Shown here piece after piece: positions 13,164 through 25,700 of a stretch of DNA of 64,000 nucleotides. Origin of the DNA: Mytilus californianus (lineage: Eukaryota); NCBI RefSeq assembly GCF_021869535.1, contig NW_026262679.1, positions 121,768,001 to 121,832,000 of the forward strand, read 5' to 3'. Positions within the stretch are counted from its first letter, which is position 1. Each line of letters begins with the position of its first letter. The notes under the pieces are model-generated. The model was given only the letters and a program-made list of their open reading frames with translations, was not told where the DNA came from and ran no database searches. Position numbers and translations under genes: made by a program.

Positions 13164-13871
13164 ATCGAAAATTTAGTAACAACCCGGTAAAATCGACTAC
13201 ATATGTATCCTGTTACAATTTAATGTATATTAAAAATCCCCTTCAACGCATATTATTCCTATTTCCGACATAGTCAATACCTAGAAATTTAACTAAAATA
13301 TAACTTGGACACGTGTCGGTATGATATTATTATCGTTTTTACATATTTGTCAGCAAGTTTGTTAATGATTTTGTCATGTATCATGCTAGTTTTTTTTCTG
13401 TTTCGTGTATAAATTATATCATATATTTGAAATAAACTATATGTCTTTCATTGTAATAACAAACTTGAATGTACAGGATGTTTATACATAAGTATATATA
13501 TGCTGATAAATTTATGAATATTAATTACAAGGTGAAGTATTTTTATCCATATGCAGCAAAATCAATTCATTATCCTAGATCCTTAGTGGTCAGTTTAACT
13601 TTTCCTTCTTTAAAACTATGATGTCAAATGTCAACTTTGAAACTTTATATAAATGGTGGGTTTGACATTTTTGCAAATCCAAAGCAAAATGTTTAAAACC
13701 TTTAAAATTTAAGACAAATGTGATAGTTTCGGTTCCTGTTTCTGAAACAGCCGGAATCCGAATTCTAAAATAAAAACTGTTTGAATAAAAGGTGAGTGCA
13801 ACTACACATCCGAATGTTAACGAATCGCGTAACCCCAATTTTATTTTTTATTTTCCTAAAGCACACATTTA

Positions 13872-14068
13872 TGAGGGACCTGATGGGGGGGGGGGGGGGT
13901 CTCATCACGATTCACGATTTGATTTTTGTGTCAATCACGATTCACAGAAAATAAATTTCCATGATCACGGATCACGAAAATATAAAAAAAAATAAATCTA
14001 GAAAAACGGATCACGATAGCGAAAATGCGCCGATCACGAAGAACGAAAATAACCCATCAGGCCCCTCA
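13872..14068. mobile_element. MITE (~197 bp)
   Basis: 16-bp TIR tgagggacctgatggg / cccatcaggcccctca (1 mismatch); TTTA on both flanks; internal atcacga repeats. Confidence 0.65.
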
Positions 14069-14376
14069 TTTATGGCAAGTCGTTGTGGAATTTATTCCCT
14101 ATTTATTAATATCAATAAATCATTTATTAATATTATAAATTATTTTTTAATATTAATAAATCGAATTTTAATATTAAAAAATCATATTCACATTTAGAGC
14201 TTTGATCAATTTTTTTTTAATTCTACCATAAGTGTTTCTTTCTATTCTAACACAGTAGGTTTTTCCATGTATAACCGTTATAAAATCGTTAATTTTGCAA
14301 CACCATGCAGTAAGTCCGCGACCCATACTTTTTTGTGTCATTACATTTTTGAAAAAAAGTCCTATACAGGAGCCTG

Positions 14377-17300
14377 TGTAACACAACACAAGGTTATTTG
14401 GAACAACAATTTATTCAAGCCGATCTGGACCAGTGTCTATAAAGGACGGTCTCCCCCATAACAGTGCATGCAAATAGTTTATATACATTTCATTTGAATA
14501 TAACAGTTTATCAAACTTTCTATTACTTTGACAATAATAGTTTTCATTCTAAGGATACACAGATGAATATCTATCAAGCTGACTTTAATTGACATGTTTT
14601 TACCAATCTGGACAATTTATAGTTGTGAATCTTGCGTATGTCCAGTTCATTAACTAATTGTTATTATAATATGTCAGCATTTGGCCTAAATGTGTACATG
14701 TTCTTATATTTACATGTAATTTTAACCTTAAATTAAAACAATCTGTCTAAAACTTATTTGTATAATTTTCTTGATAGATATTTCCCTGTGTTATTTTTTC
14801 AATTTTATTAAACATATTAAGAATATATAAATATATAAATATATATATTTTGAAGCCTATCATATTGTCACATTCCTCCCTTTCTTAAGAAATATAACTT
14901 TATATTTTAGTTTAAATCGGTGACAATACGAATGCTTGCAAATTAAAAATACAACATTCATAAACAAAATCATTTCAACAGTTCAACAACATCTAAATGT
15001 CCAGCAATGTATAGTTCATACTGTCTTTGTATGAATAACTAAGTTGTAAAAGTTCTATCATTACATTCTTCGTAACATCAAAGATCAGAACTTCAGAATA
15101 CAACGAAAAGGCGCAACCATTAACTGCGGACCGTCTTCATAACCCCGACTCCAGTGGACTGCTCCTCCGAACGTCGTTGTCAACTCCAACAATCTGTTTG
15201 TTTGTCTGCAACGCCAATCCCCGTCATTCAGAAGTACTGCAATTACTCCGACTGTCGTTGATAACTCCGACCTCCATGCGCAACTACTCCGACTCCATAT
15301 GATCCACCATCTGTCGTTGATATACTCCGACCTCCAAGCGATCCACCATCTGTCGTTGATATACTCCGACCTCCAAGTGATCCACCATATGTCGTTCATA
15401 TACTCCGACCTCCAAGTGATCCACCATCTGTAGTTTATATAACTCCTAACTGACCTAGCTTACCTACCCTGTTGATTCAGGGTCCCTGACTAGGTTGCTC
15501 AGTTATCACCGGCTGAAACAATTCAGGCAAATCTACCTGTGATGTTGTAGAACGATTCCCTCTACCAATATAAAGTTATGTGATCGTATAGTTTTATTTA
15601 CATCTAAACGTCTGCGTTGTGTCCAAAAATCGAAGCCAATATCCAGTGTTCTTTTCCAATCATCATTCTTGTGGTCAGTTAACTTGATTGCTACTACTCA
15701 TTGTTTGACAAGTTGAGTACTGGATAATGGTTCTTAGTGGCTGGTTCTAATAGTGGTACAGAAGCTATTTTAACATCTCTGGAAGCAGTACCATCGCCCT
15801 CAACATTAGTTGACACCACTTCATTGCCACCAAGATATCTAGTGACTATTTGAACCTCTTAATTATAATTCTCGATTGGCTAAAAACCTACACTTAAATT
15901 TTTGACTATGTTTGCAAAATAAATATAACAAAATACCTATAAATATAACAACAAAATAAATTAATACATTTACCAAGTTTGATAGTTCAAAGTCGTCCTC
16001 AATAAGTTCTTATTGCTTTAATTTGGTAAATGGACTTATCAATATGTAATTTACTTAACTAGAATATAAAAACTCGAAAAAACACGAAATGGTTTCTTTA
16101 TTAAAGTTTATTTTTTTACTAAGTTATATAATAATTTTTTTTTACTGTGTATCAATTTACCCCCCAAATAACAACCTTTTAATATATACTTCGCTCTCGC
16201 AGACACTGAAAAGGTTTTAAATAAGGTTTGACATTTAACCACCACTTTCCTTCCTTTTCCATAAACAAAGCTGTGATAAAGAGATGACTGATATTAATAC
16301 GAATTCTAAACAATCAATATTTTTTCAGTGATCCATCTGAAGCGACAATTAGAATGAATATGATTAATTAAAACAAAAGTATATTATTTACAAAAATAGT
16401 TCATATACACATAAAAATTATACTTATAAATAAACAAACTAGTTATAAAGAAGCCTATGACTACAAAGTGCTAGTCGTAAACAAACAAAACATTGTGAGA
16501 ATGTTTAACATTAATTAGTCTTTCTTTCAGACATAAATTTTTCGTTTATTTTTCTTTAGTATACTTATTTTTTCAACAGGCATGTTCTGACTATTTTCTA
16601 AACTATATCTATCAGAACTATTATCATTTGTCATCTCATTTAAACCGGAAGTTATAGATGACCTTATGACCCTCTTCTCTCATTTTTTCTTGGCTTGCTA
16701 ATTTCCTTTTTTTTTCTATCAGCATCACATTAATATTCGTCGGAAGATGTATCGCGTTATTGTTTATAACGATTAATCATATGATACTTATTTCCATATA
16801 TTTAAGTTCTAAATTATTTATTCTATTAATATTGTAATCCGTGTTACAATGCAATATTATAAAAACATTTTCATTAACCCTTATTATGGATTTTTTTTTA
16901 TATTATCAATCATTCATTTGATTTGCTCATTGATGATTATACATGATGTTCAAATATCCCTTTGAACATATTAAAAAAAATATATCCTATGTTTCGTCTA
17001 TCGCGAAATACTTAAAAACTTAAAACCCTTAGAGTGAACAAAACAATTGTATCATTTTTTATCATTTATGCGCTATTTTCTGAAGATAAGTCCGCCATTC
17101 TTTAAAAATACCACAATAAGGGTTGGTTTTATTTTTTACAGAAAAATTGTTACAATAACAACCGTGTTTAACACTACCCAACAACGTACACCATTTTCAT
17201 GGCTTAGCAACGTATGCCTTATTAACTGTGCGAAAAAAAGGTTTGGATTCTAAATAACATAGAATGTTTTGTTTCTCTAAACAAATGTGCTTACGCACTT

Positions 17301-18649
17301 ACCCAACTGCGTCAACCATATTTAAACAACCATATGGTTATAACATCGCAGAAATATCCTTTACTTCGTCGCTAAAAGGTTCTTAAATGAAACTTTCTTA
17401 TACTAGTGTATACAGGCGCGTATATTCTAGAATTACGGATTGTATCTTCAGAAAACAACTCAAATTATGAATCAAAACAGAGATTATTATATTCCAAATC
17501 AAGATATAAATGTTTTAATCTTATCATTATTCACTCAGTTAAATACTCGTGCATCTTAAGATTTCTTTTACTTATTGTGAATTAATTCTAAAATATTAAT
17601 ATTCACGTGTTTTAAATAATATATTTCTGTCTTTTAATAGAAAGCATTTAAAAACATTTTGTCATTATAATTAAAATGTGTACGCAAGTCTTTTATATTG
17701 ACTTATACAATCAAATACATAATATAAAGTGCCCTCACCTTCATAATGATTACATTAAGAAATATCAATAAAAAAATTAAACCTTCACCATTGAATCAGA
17801 AAAAAATAAATATCTACATTTTCACTTATGAAATCAACATTATTTTAACAGAACATTTCTTCTGATGAGTTCAGCCAAGTTAACATCTTGAGCATGTAAA
17901 AGTGAGCTTACATATATTACACCTATACCTAACTTTTCTGATTTTGAACCATCAACACTTTTATTCGAATGTATGCCCTTTTTAAATACCTTTTGAGTGA
18001 GACTTTGAACTTGTGTTTCTAAATTTCGGAAAACTAACCTTACATCATTAAATTCTTTATCAGCCATTTTGCGAAATTAAATAAAGATTATCAATAATAG
18101 TCACTTTACCTTAGCATCCTTTGGTCACGGTTAACCAAAAATAACCACTGTGTAACACAACACAAGGTTATTTGAAACAACAGTTTATTCAAGCCAGTCT
18201 GAACCAGTGTCCATAACGGACGGTCTCCCCCATAACAGTGCATGCAAATAGTTTATATACATTTCATTTGAATATAACAGTTTATCAAACTTTCTATTAC
18301 TTTGACAATAATAGTTTTCATTCTAAGGATACACAGATGAATATCTATCAAGCTGACTTTAATTGACATGTTTTTACCAATCTGGACAATTTATAGTTGT
18401 GAATCTTGCGTATGTCCAGTTCATTAAGTTCTAATTGTTATTATAACATGTCAGCATTTGGCCTAAATGTGTACATGTTCTTATATTTACATGTAATTTT
18501 AACCTTAAATTAAAACAATCTGTCTAAAACTTATTTGTATAATTTTCTTGATAGATATTTCCCTGTGTTATTTTTTCAATTTTATTAAACATATTAAGAA
18601 TATATAAATATATAAATATATATATTTTGAAGCCTATCATATTGTCACA
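14377..18649 (-). mobile_element. Non-autonomous or degenerate LTR retroelement (~4.3 kb), minus orientation
   Basis: LTRs 14377-14872 (496 bp) and 18151-18649 (499 bp), TGTAAC...GTCACA; TSD CCTG (14373-14376 and 18650-18653); PPT on minus AAGAAAGGGAGGAA (14873-14886); no gag/pol ORF inside. Confidence 0.85.
15301..15445. repeat. 39-bp minisatellite (~4 copies) inside the non-coding LTR element
   Basis: gatccaccat at 15301, 15340, 15379 and 15418. Confidence 0.85.
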
Positions 18650-18917
18650 CCTGTTGTTCAGTATGGAAAGCCAACGGGGTCAAAATTGTCAATTTGTAAC
18701 TTGTAACTGTGTAATGTGTACATTTGTGATGTGTATAGTCCCCAATTACAGTAGAAAAGTATTTTTTACAAAAACCAACAACGAACACTAATAAAGGTCT
18801 TAAGGAAAAGGGCATATATTTTAATCTTTATAGCTCTCCTTTTATATTCTTCCTTAAATTCTTCAATAGCCGGGAATTGAGTTTATGCTAAACCGAAAAT
18901 GTTTTTTTTTCTTCATT

Positions 18918-18938
18918 ACTTCCGTTTGGTAACTTCCG
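18918..18938. promoter_or_regulatory. Tandem ETS-like ACTTCCG motifs near the probable PIGO TSS
   Basis: ACTTCCGT at 18918 and 18932, 40-60 nt upstream of the ATG; common in housekeeping promoters. Motif match only. Confidence 0.3.
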
Positions 18939-18976
18939 TAACACCGGCGAAATGTGAAGAAAATTTTCAGGAAAAA

Positions 18977-19728
18977 ATGGGACAAAACTTTAAATGCTTT
19001 TTCCTTTTATGCTTTCTTATCTTACTTTACGTTTGTGGGTTGCTTATATTTGCAAAAGGATTTCTTTTGAAAAGAGTAGTTGTAGAAAGAAACAGTAGCT
19101 GTAAAGTTGACTTTGCCATGCAAAGTGACATGCACGGAGAAAAGGGTTGTTGGATGCATGTCCGTTATAAGAAAGCTATTATAATCGTAATAGATGCACT
19201 AAGATATGATTTCGCTTCATTTGATTCCACAGCAAATGATTCTATTCCATACAAAAATAGATTAAATTTTATTAAAAATTCTCTGATGAAACCAAACAAT
19301 GCAAAACTTTACAAATTTATCGCTGATCCACCTACAACGACACTACAGAGATTAAAAGGCTTGACTACGGGAAGTCTTCCTACATTTGTTGATGCTGGAT
19401 CTAATTTTGCTAGCTCTGAAATTACAGAGGATAATTTTATAGATCAGTTGATTCGCCACAACAAAAGAATAAAGTTTCTTGGTGACGACACTTGGATAGG
19501 ACTGTTCCCTAACAGATTTTATAAACAGATTCCATTTCCATCATTTAATGTGAAAGATTTACATACCGTTGATGATGGTGTTTTGAAACATCTTTACAAA
19601 GAACAGAATAAGAATGACTGGGAAGTGTTGGTTGCTCATTTCCTTGGTGTTGATCACTGTGGACATAGATATGGTCCAAACCATTCAGCTATGAGAGACA
19701 AATTGTCTCAAATGAATGATATGATAAG
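18977..19728 (+). CDS. PIGO: PIGO coding exon 1
   Basis: MGQNF...; TM helix then alkaline-phosphatase-like domain; donor AG|gtaata. Confidence 0.9.
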
Positions 19729-22700
19729 GTAATACACCTCAAGATCGGCATATTTTTATTATGATGCTTTTTACATACATTGTATTGATTGTGTAAATAT
19801 TATTATGTACACGTAAGTGATAATAAATTAAGGTCAAGATGCCCTGAGGGACATAAATCAAATTGGTTCACCCAAATGTTGCAAAGCACCTGTCCTACCT
19901 CCATGACAAATATATTGTTGTGCCTGCAGATAAAGCCTCACATAACATTGTTTTTGTGTGTAAATCACTTGGCTTTCCAAATTTGTAGCCTCGAGCAATT
20001 CTGGTGACCTGGGAACCTCAATTACTTGTTTTTGTCTTATACCAATTTATCACATGAAAAGTTATTTGTTAATTTATATCACCCTATTTTATCGTTTGCT
20101 AGCATATCATTGGATTTTGAATACTGAAAGTACTTCTGATTCTTTTAACTTTATGAATAACAGGGCATAAAGATTACCATTTCCCGTTTCCCGGGTAAAG
20201 TAAATTATAACACTGGAAAGTGACATAGCAGTTGCTAATATCCCGTCGGGAAAGTCGTTTTCCGGTAAATAAATAAAATAATTGGTCCCTATTACTTGTT
20301 TAAATGTCAAAATACTTCTGTAAGATCATCTGAGCGTCGAATTTCCATGATTTCATCACATTTTTATGTGTTTTACACGTGTGCCTTTTGGTATTTAGTT
20401 AGATCGTTAGCAGACTGGTTTAAATTTAAGATATCCGGTTTGTAGCAAGGGAAACAGTTTGTAAATATTGCGGACGCTCAGAAAATGAGCTTGCATAAAT
20501 ACTTTGACATTTCAAGCGCTAAAAGAAAAACAGAATATGATGTAAAGGGGAATAGTATCCCCAAAAAACAGAAGGATAATAAATATGACAGGGACTGATT
20601 ACTTAATGATATTGAAAAAAAAAGGGTAATGACATTGAGACACTTAAAACATAATATTTACAAACTCAAAGTGTACAGTCAGAGTACATTTACTGAAAAA
20701 ACAGTCAATATTATTATTATATTCAGATCATCAACATAGATCAAGAAAGCAGAATTCAATCCAATCCAGCATTAATGAACCACATATTTTATGAACCACG
20801 CATTAATGAACCAACCTACCTGTATTTTGTAACAAGGGTGCAATGCTGAAATGTCTCGCCTGTTTAATTATAATTCCATACACATAATATGGATTGTCTA
20901 TTGCTTATAGTATATAAATTTAAAAAAGTCACACAAAATTATCATAATCAGTTGACATGTTAAACCCTTAAAAGTATGCTCAGATTGCAGGATTGTGCAT
21001 CTTAAATTTCAAAATTTTCTTGGGGCATGCCCCCAAACCCCTCGAGCCAATTCGACCCACTTTGCGGGTCTCAACCGGGGATAGTGGATTTGCACACGGG
21101 AAAGTGAACTTTTTTTTATCACTTTCCCTTGGGTAAGTGGCCTTCCAAAAAATTCTTCATGCCCTGGAATTTTTTTTTGTTTTTATTTTCAAGGAATGTG
21201 ACAAGGTTGATGAAAGATGACACAATATTATTTGTGATGGGTGATCATGGAATGACTAAAACAGGAGACCACGGAGGAGACAGTAAAGACGAATTAGAAG
21301 CAGCATTATTTGTGTATAGTCCAGCACAGATAACCAGCCAACATAATCTATGGGTAACATTTAAGTTAGGTCAAGAAAAAATGTTGTGATTTTTTTTTAC
21401 CAATGGTGAACCTTGAAATTGGTAGGATATCATATTTATGTTCAAATCTTAGTCTGTGCCATTAAAACCTTAACCATAAAATGTGAAAGGGCTGTTGATT
21501 AAACTTTTTTAGTCATATTAATTTTAACGCAGATTTTTACGTGATGCAATTGTGAGGAGACTTAGGCATTGGGCTTGGGACTTAAGATGCTGTCCGTGTC
21601 AAAAGCATACTATAAGCATACATCGACATGGATTATTCTTAAGTTGAAATTGGGGTTTGAACTAGCTTTAAATAACTGCAAATTATTTTAGATTATTTAC
21701 ATATTATTAGTGCTAAGTACCTGTCTGATAAGTTAAGCCCTTTCCAACTGATTTTTACAGTTTGTTCTTGTGTTGTGTTGTAACACCATTGACCCAGATT
21801 ATAATGGGGTTGCCTGTTCACAAACATGATTATTTTTTTTACCCAGCCACATTCTTTAAGTGCCTGTCTCAAGCTGTGAATCTTTAATCCAGTGGTTGTC
21901 ATTGGCTGCATTTTGCCATATTTGTTTTTTTGTTTGTAGTTGTAGTTTAAATCAGTCTCCTCGTTTTACTTTTTAATTGTTTCAAATTTTGAGTGGACGT
22001 TGATAAAGGAAATTTATAATTTATTTTAGAAAAATATAGTCCTGATACTTCTCAAGACTTTCCTTCATCTTCCCCAGTGTTTTCCCCACCTTTTATGGAC
22101 TGGTTCTAGGTCTTCTTGCATTAATAGAATAAGAGAATAAAAAAAACCCACATTAATGAAGACTGCTTTGTTTATTAGCTCACCTGGCCCAAAGGGCCAA
22201 GTGAGCTTTTCTCATCACTTGGCGTCCGGCGTCGTCGTCCGTCATCGTCGTCCGTCCTCGTTGTCGTCCATCGTTGTTAACTTTTACAAAAATCTTCTCC
22301 TCTGAAACTACTGGGCAAAATTTGACCAAACTTGGCCACAATCATTATTGGGGTATCTAGTTTAAAAAATGTGTCCTGGTGACCCGGCCAACCAACCAAG
22401 ATGGCCGCCATGGCTAAAAATAGAACATAGGGGTAAAATGTAGATTTTGGCTTATATCTCTGAAACCAAAGCATTTAGAGCAAATCTGACATGGGGTAAA
22501 ATTGTTTATCAGGTCAAGATCTATCTGCCCTGAAATTTTCAGATGAATCGGACAACCCGTTGTTGGGTTGCTGCCCCTGAATTGGTAATTTTAAGGAAAT
22601 TTTGCCGTTTTTGGTTATTATCTTGAATATTATTATAGATAGAGATAAACTGTGAACAGCAATAATGTACAGCAAAGTAAGATCTACAAATAAGTCATGA

Positions 22701-25700
22701 TCAACTTGACCAAAATGGTCAGTTGACCCCTTAAGGAGTTATTGCCCTTTATAGTCAATTTTTAACCATTTTTTGTAAATTTTTGTAATCTTTTACAAAA
22801 ATCTTCTCCTCTGAAACTACTAAGACAAATTTAACCAAACTTGTCCACAATCATCATTAGGGTATCTAGTTTAAAAAATGTGTCCGATGACCCTGCCCGT
22901 GAACCAAGATGGCCGACATGGCTAAAAAATAGTACATAGGGTAAAATGCAGTTTTTGGCTCATATCTCTGAAACCAAAGCATTTAGAGCAAATCTGACGT
23001 AGATAAAATTGTTCATTAGGTCAAGATCTATCTGCCCTGAAATTTTCAGACCAATCAGGCAACACGTTGTTGGGTTGCTGCCCCTGAATTGGTAATTTTA
23101 AGAAAATTTTGCAGCTTTTGGTTATTATCTTGAATATTATTATAGATAGAGATAAACTGTGAACAGCAATAATGTACCGCAAAGTAAGATCTACAAATAA
23201 GTCAACATGACCAAAATTGTCAATTGACCCCTTAAGGAGTTATTGCCCTTTATAGTCAATTTTTTACAATTTTCATAAATTTTGTAAATTTTTGTAAATT
23301 TTTACAAAATATTTTCCACTGTAACTACTGGGCCAAGTTCATTATAGATAGAGATAATTGTAAGCAGCAAGAATGTTCAGTAAAGTAAGATCTACAAACA
23401 CATCACCATCACCAAAACACAATTTTGTCATGAATCCATCTGTGTCCTTTGTTTAATATGCACATAGACCAAGGTGAGCGACACAGGCTCTTTAGAGCCT
23501 CTAGTATAATGTAAATAATTCATTCCAATATTGCTGGAAGAGAATAATATGGCATCTGGTAAAGAATTGGAGGTTGCTGCTTCATCACAATCAAAATTGT
23601 CCAAAAATAAATTTGAGCAAAACTTTTCATTTTACTTTCCCTAGGAAGATACAAAGATGATTGCTAATACTTGTACTTTGATATTGTAGAAAGAAAGGGA
23701 CACAATTTCCCAGATAGATTTTGTACCAACCATCTCTCTGCTATTAGGTATACCAATACCTTTCTCTAACCTGGGACAGGTGATAGAGGAACTATTTACA
23801 CACTGCCCATGGTGGCAAACTACCAGCGATATCAAGAAGGTAATTATGAACAAAGCAGTATATCACATTGTAAAAATTTACCAAAACCACAACAATAAAC
23901 TAATAAACTGTTGCTACAGAGATATCAGATATGTGTTGCCTGTGTAAGCTTATCACAAATTTTTAAAGTTTTATTGTACTGACTCCACCTATGTAGGAAA
24001 CAGCAAGCCTGCATCTTGCTTCAGCCTTACTAGCAACTTTAGTTCCAGACGAGACAAAGACATGTATGAGGGATCAAATGTACATTGCATAATATGCTTG
24101 GATACACATACTAAGAACTTAAAAGTTATTAATTACTAAGTCTTGAACAGTGAGTCAGATATTAGTATCTAACTACAGATACAATTAATTGTTTGGTTAA
24201 TTGGATTTTTGTGAAGTATAGGTTCACATATAGTTCAATCAATTGTGGCTATGGGTATGTCTTTAGTCTTGTGATTCCATCTGGCTTCAATTTAGGTTTA
24301 GTTGTGTGTAAGAGTGTTTATAAAGAAAGACAAAACCTTAATTTTTTTTTCCAGTAACCAATTTAAAAGTTTTGGTTACAACAGAAATTAATAATACATG
24401 TATTATTTCTGGAAAACATTTTCATTTTTTAACAAGGTTCTTTACAATATCTGTTGATGCTTAATTGATGTGAAATGCAAGTTTAACAATATTTAAAAGA
24501 TTGCAACTACATTTTTTATTTTATGGTTATGTAATATATTTGTATTAACATGATTAACATATGCGGAAGCTTGTAAATAGCATTTATTGATTTTGTTGTA
24601 CAATTTATTTTTTTTATTAATGATGATTATACAGTAATGTCAGCTGTCATTAGTTGACAAATATTTTAACATTTTGTTGTATTTACAACATATTTGTATT
24701 GTATTGTTACAGAATAAGATACCCTTGAGTATAGAAAAAACAAACGTACAAGAGACTCTAAGTAAATATATTTGTACCAATATTATGCAGACTGTTTATT
24801 GATATACACAGAAGGTATCTTCCATTTCAAAGTTTTGTCAATGTTGAAAATTTTTTAGTTAGCATAGTTCTGAATTTGATTGATTGATAATTGTTGTTTG
24901 CTGAATGTCCAGTGGCAAATATTCCATAAATAGTCAGGATGATTTTGAAAGGAACCTTACTGTTCTACAATCATATAAAAATTTGAAGTTGAATACAAAA
25001 ACATGATATAATTTTTAGCTCACCTGGCCGACATTTTACAATTGGATAAAATTAGTACCCACTGAAAATAAATGAATCTTCAGAATTAGTGATACTAGTG
25101 ATACATAGACGATTAAATTTCATAAAATCATTGTTTACTGAATCCGACAATACTTCAGACAATAAATAGATTTATATCTGTATAAAGATACATTTATTGA
25201 ATGATTTGGTATACAATTGAATGCAGTCTCCTTGTATTGATTTAACTGATGATTACTGTGCTGTGGAAAGACTCCCATAATGCTGAAAAAGGATTTATTC
25301 AGATTAAAAAACTACTGTATTTTCTTTTTTTTAGGTTTATCACAGCACCAAAGCTTTAAGATTGAATGCCAAACAAATCAGTTACTACCTTACATCTTAC
25401 TATGAATACTCTTCAGACTTTCCAATACAAACGTATTATGAACTACAGAATCTTTTAGATCATGCAGAAAAAGACTTACAAGCTTTAGTTACCGCTATGG
25501 TAAAAGATGGAGCAACAAGGGACATTACTGAAGATTTGAAAATTTTGAGAGGCCATTACATTGAATACATATCAGAAGTTGGGAAAATTTGTAAAGGAAT
25601 TTGGGCCAAATTTGATATGATGTCAATTTCAATAGGAATATTGACACTTATTTTGGCGATTTCAACTAATATATATTACATACGAATTTCAGATAGTAGT

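Noticed and set aside
18899-18976. 26-codon N-terminal extension of PIGO given by the ORF track
   Set aside because: Similarity to PIGO begins at MGQNF (18977), where the first TM helix follows; the upstream part looks like promoter or 5' UTR.
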